Assembly: GCA_965238175.1 (NCBI GenBank)
Contig: CBDEGZ010000003.1
Span: 1,184,001-1,248,000 of the forward strand
Length of the DNA stretch: 64,000 bases
Source: Gammaproteobacteria bacterium
GTDB lineage: Bacteria; Pseudomonadota; Gammaproteobacteria; CAJXQU01
Direction of reading: 5' to 3'
This document shows, one piece after another, positions 33,101 through 41,531 of this stretch. Each line of letters starts with the position of its first letter. Position 1 is the stretch's first letter. The translations under genes and the position numbers were made by a program. The notes beneath the pieces were generated by a model. It was not told the origin of the DNA and did not search any database. It was given only the letters and a program-made list of their open reading frames with translations.

Positions 33101-33535
33101 AGTATGGCTGATATTGAAATCACCACTGAACGAAGAAATATTTGCATGTCCGGCAAAAAAACCGTGAGCTAGCGGAATGAAGGGTTGGTTGCCACTAAGG
33201 TTTGTGTTATCAGGCTGACCCGAGGAACGACTTAGATCTGGCGTATTATCGTTGCCTTGTATTCTTGCTGTAATGTTAAGTGGGTTGCCAGCGAAAGTTG
33301 TGCTGATTGTACTTCGATATCCGTCTGCATATTTATCAGCGCCTGCTATATTGTATGCAGTTTGATTACCTGAGGTAGTTACATTGTATGCGTTGCTTGG
33401 CAGTGAAAACACTAATGCATTAGCCTGGTTAGACAACAACGCACTGAGTATCAAAAAGATTGATCCTGAGTAGTTGCGAACGCAGTGTGATCTTACTAAG
33501 TGTGAAATTTGTCGACTGACATTCCTTTGTATCAT
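30116..33535 (-). CDS. Large secreted multidomain surface protein (TolB/PD40-like propeller, TSP3-like Ca-binding repeats, FG-GAP-like repeats)
   Basis: Signal peptide ending ANA; repeated ISADGRxxxFxSxAxNLVxxDxNxxxDIF; DSDGIPDSSDNCP / DTDGDG repeats; GDFDGDGxxDILWR repeats. Confidence 0.85.
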   Translation of the reverse strand: MIQRNVSRQISHLVRSHCVRNYSGSIFLILSALLSNQANALVFSLPSNAYNVTTSGNQTAYNIAGADKYADGYRSTISTTFAGNPLNITARIQGNDNTPDLSRSSGQPDNTNLSGNQPFIPLAHGFFAGHANISSFSGDFNISHTFDLIFDHNVNLNSVIFDGISSSAYTSNSGNIPDFDISGLGVNLSNLQGRDDENGSSQNFTNINATFFADEYYTFTVNHNGYQNGILEFFGFDFDVVAASPPIVSFLTTRVSVDSSGDNPNAESGNPSISASGRYIAFHSLASDLTISDSNSWLDIFVYDKQSDNTSLISVTASSSQSNGNSRNPDQSGDGTFVVFDSFASNLISGDSNSKRDVFLRNTQSSTTSRISLTSSGTEANGASRLPVISADGRYIVFESDASNLVMGDSNGTTDVFLFDRNNDSLKRLSTNNSGNAGNNTSQRAAISADGRFVAFESDASDLISGDSNNSSDIFVYELATNNLTRVSIGSGTEQANNDSYRADISGDGRFIVFDSTATNLVDSDSNSSRDIFLHDRQTGNTSRLSINSFNVQANNDSIEPSISADGDYVSFTSTATNLDSVVNDTNGVNDIFVRDRDGSKTSRMSVRSLTATQANNNSSKSSISFDGKFVTFASSASNLIVSDSNGQKDIYLSENPDITDNKYLLVTSSGNDSGNFVLSSSGTDCGDNSVSCGYYSDGTNVTITANPASNSTFIAWTGCDSTSNRNCTVTMNTFRSIIAQFVGDLDSDGIPDSSDNCPSIPNSNQINTDGDLAGDACDAFPTSATETADTDGDGIADNFETTYGLNPLNSADASLDLDGDGLTNLQEFRGGSNPTDINDPISTTISIFLRNTATGAHKTYLIAGNVINQNATLNTPSNQWQIVGNGDFDGDGKEDLLWRNSVSGENRIYFMNGTQILRNSVIQTVADTRWQVNGIADFNGDGSNDILWRHSGTGRIWVYLMNGSTVINGGGQGNHIAFTGLDWEIKGVGDFDGDGDGDILWRNKSNGRVWMYLMNGSNIITDQHVAFSGADWDIKGTGDFNGDGKEDIVWRNESTNLVWMYLMNGTQITQNDLLSTLVGSWTLVQTADYNNDGNTDLLWKNSVTGGNLMNQLNGISIINSETINSFPGTNWQVVPANN

Positions 33536-33776
33536 TGTAGAATTAATTTAGTTCCGTAAAGTAAAGTTGGTAAACTATCTGGCTCGTAACAACGGGTGAT
33601 TATAACTATTTTCAAAGTTCAATTAGTAGTCAGCCACCTAATTTTTAACAACTTATTACGCATTCTTAAAGATACTATCGACATAAGTCAGGCGAAAATT
33701 TTAGGAAAATTTCATGGTATTTACTGAATATCTGATTTTTTAATATGAAAAAAAAAGCAACGCGCTTCGTTTAGAC

Positions 33777-34781
33777 ATGGAGATAACTATCCTAATCTCT
33801 GGTGATTTGAACGTCGATAATGCTGCAAAGATGAATTCCCTGAAGTGTATGAGTACTTATGGGGACAGGGAATTTTTGAGTCAAAATTTACTTGAACTTT
33901 TGTTTGGGCTTTTTGGAATAACAAACGAACAAAAAAAAGATTTGCCTGTAGCAGCAATTACAGCGCTTGCTGATCTGCAAAACTCTTCTGATCAGATCTG
34001 GTTACGAGCTGATCCCGTGATTATGAAGGCAGACATGACTTCATTAAGGTTGTTCGATAGTCGACACTTTTCTCTGGAAAAAAAAGTTGCTATGAAAATT
34101 ATTTCGAGACTCAATAAGTTTTTGGAAGGTGATGGTCTCCAGATAATATGTGGTGAGGATCCTCAGCGGTGGTATATTCCTATCTCAAGTTCTCCCAAAC
34201 TAAGAACAACCGCGCCGAGTATTGCAAATGGGCAAGACATTCGTGACTTTTTACCAGAGGGTCACGACCGCAAAGTTTGGAGAGTCTTGATGAGCGAAAT
34301 TCAAATGTTTTTATTTGATTTCTTGAATCATAAGACTCAAGAAAAATCCCCGATCAACAGTGTCTGGTTTTGGGGTACTGGGGATCTTCCGAAACCAATA
34401 ACTTGTCAATTTGACTCTGTTATTAGCAATGATGTTAACGCGATAGGACTGGCGCAATGGGCGAATATTCCTTGTCAGTCACTCACGGAGAGTTTCCAGG
34501 ATCATATAGAACAATGTCAGGACGATAAAAAAATATTAATAGTTTTGTCACAGGACGATCTGGCTTTATCCTGTTTTGATCCATTTAAACAAGCTATGTG
34601 GTTGAGCGAGATGGAAAAGAATGTCTTCAATCCAATATTTAGATTACTAAAAAAAGGAAAGGTCAAAAGCATAAAGCTCAACAGTGCCGATCAATATTGC
34701 AGCATAAAACCTATCCACCTTTTCCGCTTTTGGCGTAAAAAAAACTTATGCATGAGTTTAAAAACAACAGAGATTAAATGA
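33777..34781 (+). CDS. Phosphoglycerate-mutase-like conserved protein upstream of recJ
   Basis: WLRADPV, WRVLMSEIQM, INSVWFWGTG, C-terminal FRFWR; 4-bp overlap with recJ. Confidence 0.7.
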   Translation: MEITILISGDLNVDNAAKMNSLKCMSTYGDREFLSQNLLELLFGLFGITNEQKKDLPVAAITALADLQNSSDQIWLRADPVIMKADMTSLRLFDSRHFSLEKKVAMKIISRLNKFLEGDGLQIICGEDPQRWYIPISSSPKLRTTAPSIANGQDIRDFLPEGHDRKVWRVLMSEIQMFLFDFLNHKTQEKSPINSVWFWGTGDLPKPITCQFDSVISNDVNAIGLAQWANIPCQSLTESFQDHIEQCQDDKKILIVLSQDDLALSCFDPFKQAMWLSEMEKNVFNPIFRLLKKGKVKSIKLNSADQYCSIKPIHLFRFWRKKNLCMSLKTTEIK

Positions 34782-36502
34782 GTATAAAAATAAAAAGAAG
34801 ATCGATTCCTAAAGCTAGCGGGTTTGTAGGTTTACATCCTGTTTTAGAACGAGTTTATGCTGCCAGAAATATAAAAAATCAGCATGAGCTTGATTATGGC
34901 TTGGCAGGATTGATCAGTTTTTCAGAATTATTAGGTATTGAGCCAGCAGTTGATCTTGTTGTTGATGTGCTTGCTAAAAATCAGCGGATTTTAATCGTTG
35001 CAGATTTTGATGCAGATGGGGCAACCAGCTGTGCGTTGGCAGTTCGAGGTTTGCGCGCTATGGGTGCAAAAGATGTCCGCTACGTTGTACCGAATCGTTT
35101 TGAATATGGATATGGTTTAACACCCGAAATCGTCGAAGTTGCGGCCAAAGAAAACCCCGATTTGATCATCACTGTTGATAATGGAATTGCAAGTAATGAG
35201 GGTGTTGCAGCGGCTAAAAAAATGGGTATAAAAGTACTAGTGACAGATCATCATTTACCGGGTGAACATTTACCTGATGCCGATGCCATTGTGAATCCCA
35301 ATCAAGATGAGGACGATTTCCCGAGTAAAGCCTTAGCTGGCGTGGGGGTCATGTTTTATCTGTTGATGGCTTTACGATCAAAGTTACGACAGTCTGGCTG
35401 GTTTGAGCAACAAGGTATTTCTGATCCAAATCTGGCTCAGTGGTTAGATATTGTCGCTTTAGGAACCGTTGCCGATGTTGTGCCGCTAGATCGAAATAAT
35501 CGAATTTTGGTTTCTCAAGGACTAGCGAGGATTAGAAAAGGTGCTGGATGCATGGGAATTCGAGCAATATCTGAAGTTGCAAAGCGAGATTTCCGGAATC
35601 TCACATCATCCGATTTAGGATTTGCGATTGGCCCCCGGTTGAATGCTGCTGGTCGTCTTGATGATATGTCGTTAGGGATTGAATGCTTGCTTAGTGACGA
35701 TGAGCAAAAAGCTAAGCAGCTTGCGATACAACTTGATCAATTAAACCATGTAAGACGCGAAATTGGTGATCAAATGTTGGGAGAAGCAGTACAAATTATG
35801 GATAAACTGGATCTTGAAAATGACGAGATCCCATTTGGATTATGTCTGCATGATCAAGACTGGCATCAAGGTGTGATCGGAATTCTGGCTTCACGTATAA
35901 AAGATCAACATCATCGACCGGTGATTGTATTTGCTACTGTGGAAGAGGGTGGGTTAAAAGGATCTGCACGCTCGGTAAAAGGCGTTCATATTCGAGATGT
36001 CCTGGATACAGTTGCCACACAAAACCCTGCGATGATCAATAAGTTTGGTGGACATGCAATGGCGGCCGGTTTGACCATAGCACAAGATTATTATGAAGAC
36101 TTTAAGCAGGCGTTTGATCAAGAAGTTCGAAAACATCTTAATAAAGAAGATTTACAAGATGTGATCAAATCAGACGGTGAGTTAAGTGCTGAAGAAATCA
36201 CGATAGATCTGGCCGAACAGCTTCGTTTTGCTGGGCCATGGGGACAGGCGTTTCCAGAACCCGTTTTTGATGGTGTATTTGAAATAGAAAGTGTAAGAAT
36301 CGTTGCTGAAAAGCATTTGAAAGTTTTGCTAAGAATTCCAAATTCAGAAATACTCGTTGATGGCATTGCTTTTAATATAACAAACCATGACTGGCCGACA
36401 GTTGTGTCGAAAGTTGAAGTTGCTTATCAGTTAGATCTAAACGAATTTCGTGGTAATCGAAATGCGCAAATGTTGATCCGACATATTTCGCCAATGTCAT
36501 AG
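34778..36502 (+). CDS. recJ: Single-stranded-DNA-specific exonuclease RecJ
   Basis: DFDADGATS, TVDNG, TDHH, GTVADVV, PRLNAAGR, GGHAMAAG. Confidence 0.98.
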   Translation: MSIKIKRRSIPKASGFVGLHPVLERVYAARNIKNQHELDYGLAGLISFSELLGIEPAVDLVVDVLAKNQRILIVADFDADGATSCALAVRGLRAMGAKDVRYVVPNRFEYGYGLTPEIVEVAAKENPDLIITVDNGIASNEGVAAAKKMGIKVLVTDHHLPGEHLPDADAIVNPNQDEDDFPSKALAGVGVMFYLLMALRSKLRQSGWFEQQGISDPNLAQWLDIVALGTVADVVPLDRNNRILVSQGLARIRKGAGCMGIRAISEVAKRDFRNLTSSDLGFAIGPRLNAAGRLDDMSLGIECLLSDDEQKAKQLAIQLDQLNHVRREIGDQMLGEAVQIMDKLDLENDEIPFGLCLHDQDWHQGVIGILASRIKDQHHRPVIVFATVEEGGLKGSARSVKGVHIRDVLDTVATQNPAMINKFGGHAMAAGLTIAQDYYEDFKQAFDQEVRKHLNKEDLQDVIKSDGELSAEEITIDLAEQLRFAGPWGQAFPEPVFDGVFEIESVRIVAEKHLKVLLRIPNSEILVDGIAFNITNHDWPTVVSKVEVAYQLDLNEFRGNRNAQMLIRHISPMS

Positions 36503-36617
36503 GTTTTGGTTTATGCCGACAAAAATTAAGTGTAGTTGGAAATGAGCGGAGTGTATGTGAGTTTACTAAAAATTCTTTCTAATATTGTCGCTTTGAAAAC
36601 ATTATTGATCCATTGTT

Positions 36618-36633
36618 TGTGATGATTGTCACA
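36618..36633. promoter_or_regulatory. CRP/FNR-family-like palindromic site
   Basis: TGTGA-tgattg-TCACA, an exact match to the CRP consensus, about 145 bp upstream of the ATG at 36778. Confidence 0.55.
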
Positions 36634-36777
36634 ATTTCGGGTTAAATAACGCTACCTACCTTTACTTGTTAGTTTTGTATATTAGTATGTTATCAAGGCA
36701 TCAGGGTCATGGACAGGATGTTCAGCCAAAATGCCACTGATAAAGGATTATCAATATTCATTACATGGAGATACAAC

Positions 36778-37389
36778 ATGAAGTTCACAGCCAAAGGATT
36801 GATATTAATCGTCTCATCGATGGTTACATTTTCTGCACAAGCAACGGTCTACAGTTTTTCCTCGGAGTTTAAAAATCGCGCAATGGAAACTTATTCCACA
36901 TCTTGGAATACGGATAGTGATGTCCTTAGTCTGACTTCCAAATTTAATAATAGTCGCGGAAAAGTAGATAATATTCGATTTACGTTGACCGATGGTGCTG
37001 TGCCAAATAGAGCTAAGCAATACTTCACATACAACTTGGATTTAGTAAACAACAAAGTAAGTGTTAGAGATTATTGGAATGGCGGAAAAGAAATCGCTGC
37101 CTTTGAGAATATTATTGATATTAAACAAGGTGAATTTTCCTTGAACCTTGACCATACTGGCTTTGACAAAAAGTATAACGTCGGTTTCGGAGATAAACTT
37201 GGTATTTGGCATTTTGTTCATAGTAAGGGTAAAAAGATAGACCAAGTAGATCAAAGTAATGTGAGAACCACTAAAGTAGATCTTCCACCGGTATCTCCGA
37301 CTAGTGTATCAGAGCCCAGTACGATGGCATTAATGGGTTTAGGATTGTTAGGATTGATAGCTAGCCGTAGAAAGTTCGCTAAGAAATAA
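36778..37389 (+). CDS. PEP-CTERM-type (VSEP variant) surface protein, paralog A
   Basis: Start re-assigned to MKFTAK (GGAGA RBS); signal peptide ending AQA; C-terminal VSEPSTMALMGLGLLGLIASRRK. Confidence 0.88.
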   Translation: MKFTAKGLILIVSSMVTFSAQATVYSFSSEFKNRAMETYSTSWNTDSDVLSLTSKFNNSRGKVDNIRFTLTDGAVPNRAKQYFTYNLDLVNNKVSVRDYWNGGKEIAAFENIIDIKQGEFSLNLDHTGFDKKYNVGFGDKLGIWHFVHSKGKKIDQVDQSNVRTTKVDLPPVSPTSVSEPSTMALMGLGLLGLIASRRKFAKK

Positions 37390-37445
37390 GCTAAACAAAC
37401 CTAATGCGAAGGCTATAATCAGCAGAAGCTTTCATTTAAATTTAC

Positions 37446-37476
37446 AAAAAAGCCGAAGTTTATCTTCGGCTTTTTT
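37446..37476 (+). terminator. Rho-independent terminator
   Basis: AAAAAAGCCGAAG-tttat-CTTCGGCTTTTTT. Confidence 0.88.
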
Positions 37477-37579
37477 GATTAAGAAATAGAGACTTTAACT
37501 ACCCCCAACTCATGACAAGAAACTGAACTAAAAGCCCGCTCTTTGTTCAGATCAATTGAGACCTAAACAACAGACGAAC

Positions 37580-38102
37580 TGTTTGTATGGTTTCAACTAC
37601 ACCTCACCAACCATCAAGGGAATATTTTAGCCACCAAAATCGCAACTGGTAATGTCGAGGATTGTCAGCCTGATCCTGAACTCTGCGAGAGGACGACCGG
37701 CAAACTTTACAGGGATAAAAGCTACACCAGTAACGCTTTATCCAACAATTTATTTGATGAAGACGTTGAACTGGTCATCCATGTTTGGAAAAACAGGAAA
37801 GCAAAAGTCACTTCACTCTGGGTCGGTAATTGCTCCTGCATTACCAAAACTCCCCCTTCCATGGTAGTCAGACAGAGCTATGCTGAATCGGTGTTTTGTT
37901 ATTGAAAGATCAATGGCCAATTGAAAAAGATGACTCAGACAGAACACTCAAAACACCACTCTGCGCATGGTTTATATTGTTGAATCTTGTCGGTTGATTG
38001 CTTACTGTCTTAAAAATGAAGCCTTTTTTGGAAATTATCGAGTGATGATTTTGAGTGTTTGAAACAGGCGTTAGTGACTGTGGCTTAAAACGCTCTCGAG
38101 TT
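37580..38102 (+). pseudogene. Degenerate IS982-family transposase remnant
   Basis: Broken frames give YGF..LHL..NHQGNILATKIATGNVED, GKLYRDKSY (compare GKLYGDKGY), INGQLK..TEHSKHHS, LIAYCLK. Confidence 0.75.
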
Positions 38103-38332
38103 AACTAAAATGGACTGAGTATTTTAACCTGAACTTGGGATGAAAACGACAATAAAAACCCTAAAATACAATGAGTTATATGAAAACGCGGTGACTGTTT
38201 TGTCCAGCAGGCTTCTTTTCGTGGCTATTTTAAGGCGGAGTTGCGTAGTAATAGTGGGCTATTGGAAACAACTCCAACGTATAGAGGCGCTAAAAGAAGT
38301 CTGCTGGATGGGTGTTTATTATCCCGAGTTCA

Positions 38333-39677
38333 TATATGGTCTCCTCCCGTATTGCAAGATAAAACATTCAGATAACAGGGACAGGATTGCTGTCATATAT
38401 ACGGCCTTCAATGAAGTTTTCAACTTCTGACCTGGATGTATTACGCGCCTATTTTCCTTATCAGGTTATCGGTATTAGTTACCCCTGAGCTCGACAGGTT
38501 TTCAATAGGCTGGTTTGACCTGTTATGCCATCTTTAGTTTTACCTTCGCAATTCGTTGAAATGATTTGTTCTCTCTATTTAGGCCGGTGAGTAGTCATCA
38601 CCAGAAACCGTTATAGCCCAGGCCATTCTTGCCATTTTGTTGGCATACGCCACACACGCTCGATTATGCCCCCGCGTCTCAACTAAACGATTAATCCATT
38701 GACTCAGTTTATCGCCTTTCGTTTTGGCTCTTGATACCACGGCCTTCGCGCCTAGAATTAACAAACAACGAAGGTATTTATTGCCGCGTTTACTGATCCC
38801 CAGTAGCACCTCTTTACCACCACTACTGTACTGTCGTGGAACAAGTCCTAATGAGGCGGACACATCGCGCCCTTTGTGATAATGAGCGCCGTTTCCCACT
38901 TCATTAAAATACGCGCTCGAGACCATCGGCCCAAACCCTGGAATAGTTTGTAAGCGTTGGCAAATCGCATTGTTTTTTGCCGATTGAATGATCAATTGGT
39001 CAAATGTCGCAATACAGGCATCAAGTGATTGCCATTGTTCCTTTAGCTGGCGCAGTATCCTTTTGAAAGTAACGGACAACCGTTCGTTCTCATCACTTAA
39101 TAGCAACGGGATAGATTGACGTAGGGTATTTAGGCCGGGACGAAGGCTAATGCCATATTCTGCAACAAGCGCTCTCATTTGGTTACATAATGCGGTTCTT
39201 TGTCTGACCGCTAAGTCTCTTGCTTTATGTTGTGCCTGGTTGTCTTGTTGCTCAACTGATTTAATGCCCACACTTTTTAAATGAGGTTGTTTCGCAGCAA
39301 CGGCGATGGCCAAGGCATCGTTATAATCATTCTTATTGCCGATTAGAAATGCGTTAACATGCTGAGGTGGTAGTAATTTCACCTGATGTCCCTGTTGTTG
39401 TATCGCTCGGGCCCAATACTGTGACGTTGCACAAGATTCTATTGCGACTAAACAAGGAGGTTGAGATTGAAAAAAGGAGAGTACCTGCGCTCGCTTTAAC
39501 ATTTTCTTTTTGATTATACGCCCTTGTTGATTACAGCAGACAGCATGAAATACGTTTTTTGCTATGTCTAACCCGATTGTTGTAGTCTTCATTTTGGTCT
39601 TCTCCTCTTTTGATTGTGTGTATGTCAGTTCAATCATGGCACCTAGATGCCGTTAGGGGGAGGAGACCATCACATCA
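38333..39677 (-). mobile_element. IS110-family, IS1111-group element, copy 2
   Basis: Reverse complement of 10146-11490 with identical translated transposase; same sub-terminal IRs and same target AACC|TG|AACTCGGGATAA. Confidence 0.92.
38579..39592 (-). CDS. IS110-family DEDD recombinase/transposase
   Basis: Protein identical to 10231-11244. Confidence 0.95.
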   Translation of the reverse strand: MKTTTIGLDIAKNVFHAVCCNQQGRIIKKKMLKRAQVLSFFQSQPPCLVAIESCATSQYWARAIQQQGHQVKLLPPQHVNAFLIGNKNDYNDALAIAVAAKQPHLKSVGIKSVEQQDNQAQHKARDLAVRQRTALCNQMRALVAEYGISLRPGLNTLRQSIPLLLSDENERLSVTFKRILRQLKEQWQSLDACIATFDQLIIQSAKNNAICQRLQTIPGFGPMVSSAYFNEVGNGAHYHKGRDVSASLGLVPRQYSSGGKEVLLGISKRGNKYLRCLLILGAKAVVSRAKTKGDKLSQWINRLVETRGHNRACVAYANKMARMAWAITVSGDDYSPA

Positions 39678-39885
39678 GGTTATTGTTAGATACATTGTGC
39701 ATAAAACTGTGTCAAAGTGACAGAACAATGTCACAAATTATAAACTAAGAGGTCTTGCTATTTACTTACGTCAATTATTCATTAACTATGGGCACGTATA
39801 TTGGGTTCCTGAACTGGACGTTTGATAAAGAACCACAGATAAAGGATTATCAATTTTTACTATAACAATTATAAGGAGATACAAC

Positions 39886-40509
39886 ATGAAATTCACAGCC
39901 AAAAAATTAGTTCCCGCTATTGTTTTAACCGTAGCATCAACCATCACATTTTCAGCACAAGCGACTATTTATAGTTTCTCAAAAACAGTTACTGGCAAGG
40001 CGATAGAAACTTTTTCGACTTCCTGGAATACTCAAAATAATGTTCTCAAACTATCATCAAGCTTCAATAGTAATAAAGGATATATTGACAGGTACTCCTT
40101 TGTTTTGACAGGTGGTGGTGGCCCTCGCGGAGCAGAGGAATATTTCAACTATAATTTAGATTTGGTGAGCAACCGTGTAACTGTCACTGACTATCGTGAC
40201 CAGACTAACATATTAGCGACATTTGATAATATTATCGATATTAAACAAGGTAGCTTTTCAGTGAGTCTTGATCATACGGGTGCTGGTAACAATTACAATA
40301 TTGGATATGGAGAAGACATTGGTATTTGGAACTTTTTGCATAGTGGTGGTAGGTTGGTAGATCAGCTTGATGTCCATAGTGCAAAAACTACTGCGACACA
40401 ATCACCTACTCCTGGTACTGGCGTATCTGTATCAGAGCCGGGCACATTAGCATTAATGGGCTTAGGATTGTTAGGGATGGTTAGCCGTAGGAAGTTGGCT
40501 AAGAAATAA
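39886..40509 (+). CDS. PEP-CTERM-type (VSEP variant) surface protein, paralog B
   Basis: MKFTAKKL signal peptide; VSEPGTLALMGLGLLGMVSRRK tail; homologous to A and C. Confidence 0.9.
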   Translation: MKFTAKKLVPAIVLTVASTITFSAQATIYSFSKTVTGKAIETFSTSWNTQNNVLKLSSSFNSNKGYIDRYSFVLTGGGGPRGAEEYFNYNLDLVSNRVTVTDYRDQTNILATFDNIIDIKQGSFSVSLDHTGAGNNYNIGYGEDIGIWNFLHSGGRLVDQLDVHSAKTTATQSPTPGTGVSVSEPGTLALMGLGLLGMVSRRKLAKK

Positions 40510-40535
40510 GAATAAGTCATTTTAATTTGACACTC

Positions 40536-40565
40536 AAAGCCGAAGTTAATCTTCGGCTTTTTTTT
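40536..40565 (+). terminator. Rho-independent terminator
   Basis: AAAGCCGAAG-ttaat-CTTCGGCTTTTTTTT. Confidence 0.88.
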
Positions 40566-40793
40566 GTTCAAGGGATAGAGTTTCAGACTTTACTTAAAAC
40601 GAACTGAGTATTTTAGATACACTGCGCATAGAATTGTGTCAAAGTGACAGAAGAATGTCACAAATTATAAATTAAAAGGCCTTGCTATTTACTTACGTCA
40701 ATTATTCATTATTATAGACACATACATCGGGTTCCTGAACCGGACGTTCAGTTGATAAAGGATTATCAATTTTTACTTATAAGGAGATACAGT

Positions 40794-41459
40794 ATGAAAT
40801 TCACAGCTAAAAAGTTAGTTCCTGCCATTATTTTAACCGTAGCATCGACCATCGCATTTTCAGCACAAGCGGCATTACTTCCTGATCATGATGTTTATAG
40901 TTACTCAACTTCCTTTAACAATCGCGCAACAGAAAGCTTTTCCACGTCTTGGAATACAGCCACTAATGTACTTAGTCTTTCTTCCATGTTTAATAATGAT
41001 TATGGCAAAGTGGATAATATCCGATTTACGTTGACTGATGGCGCCGCGCCAGATCGCGCCAGGCAATACTTCTCATACAATCTGGATTTAGTAAACAACA
41101 AAGTTACTGTTGGAGATCTTTGGAATGGCGGAAAAGAAATTGCGTCTTTTGATAATATTATCGATATTAAAGACGGTAAACTGTCATTAAAACTTGATCA
41201 TTCTAGTTTTGACAAAAAGTATAATGTTGGTTTTGGAAACAATCTTGGTGTCTGGCATTATGTGTACAGTAAAGGTAAACAAATAGATCAATTGGATCTG
41301 AATAATGTTGGAACCAGGGTAGACCGCGTAATAGTAGATCCGCCAGCGGTGATAGAACCACCTGTTACCGGCGTATCTGTATCAGAGCCGGGCACATTAG
41401 CATTAATGGGCTTAGGATTGTTAGGGATGGTTGGCCGTAGGAAGTTAACTAAGAAATAA
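40794..41459 (+). CDS. PEP-CTERM-type (VSEP variant) surface protein, paralog C
   Basis: Start re-assigned to ATG 40794 (AAGGAGA RBS); VSEPGTLALMGLGLLGMVGRRK tail. Confidence 0.9.
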   Translation: MKFTAKKLVPAIILTVASTIAFSAQAALLPDHDVYSYSTSFNNRATESFSTSWNTATNVLSLSSMFNNDYGKVDNIRFTLTDGAAPDRARQYFSYNLDLVNNKVTVGDLWNGGKEIASFDNIIDIKDGKLSLKLDHSSFDKKYNVGFGNNLGVWHYVYSKGKQIDQLDLNNVGTRVDRVIVDPPAVIEPPVTGVSVSEPGTLALMGLGLLGMVGRRKLTKK

Positions 41460-41485
41460 CAATAAGTCATTTTAATTTGACACTC

Positions 41486-41514
41486 AAAGCCGAAGTTAAT
41501 CTTCGGCTTTTTTT
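41486..41514 (+). terminator. Rho-independent terminator (same as after paralog B)
   Basis: AAAGCCGAAG-ttaat-CTTCGGCTTTTTTT. Confidence 0.88.
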
Positions 41515-41531
41515 GTTTAAGGGATAAAGGC

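Larger units (their letters stand above)
38127..39680. mobile_element. About 210-bp MITE with IS982-like terminal IRs, right IR interrupted by IS1111 copy 2
   Basis: Left end ACCTGAACTTGGGATGA; reconstructed right end TTATCCCGAGTT-CA-GGT; flanks TATTTTA and TATTGTTA; the paralogous region near 40604-40620 (CTGAGTATTTTAGATAC) is the empty site. Confidence 0.7.

Noticed and set aside
11490-38333. Past inversion between the two inverted IS1111 copies
   Set aside because: Both flanks of copy 2 reassemble into one MITE and one empty site matching the paralog C upstream region, so the flanks have not been exchanged.
38140-38430. 96-aa ORF
   Set aside because: It spans the MITE interior and the IS non-coding end, so it is a chance junction ORF.
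36778-41459. Integron cassette array or diversity-generating retroelement behind the paralogs
   Set aside because: No attC-like sites, integrase or reverse transcriptase were seen; each gene has its own leader and terminator, and differences are not adenine-specific.
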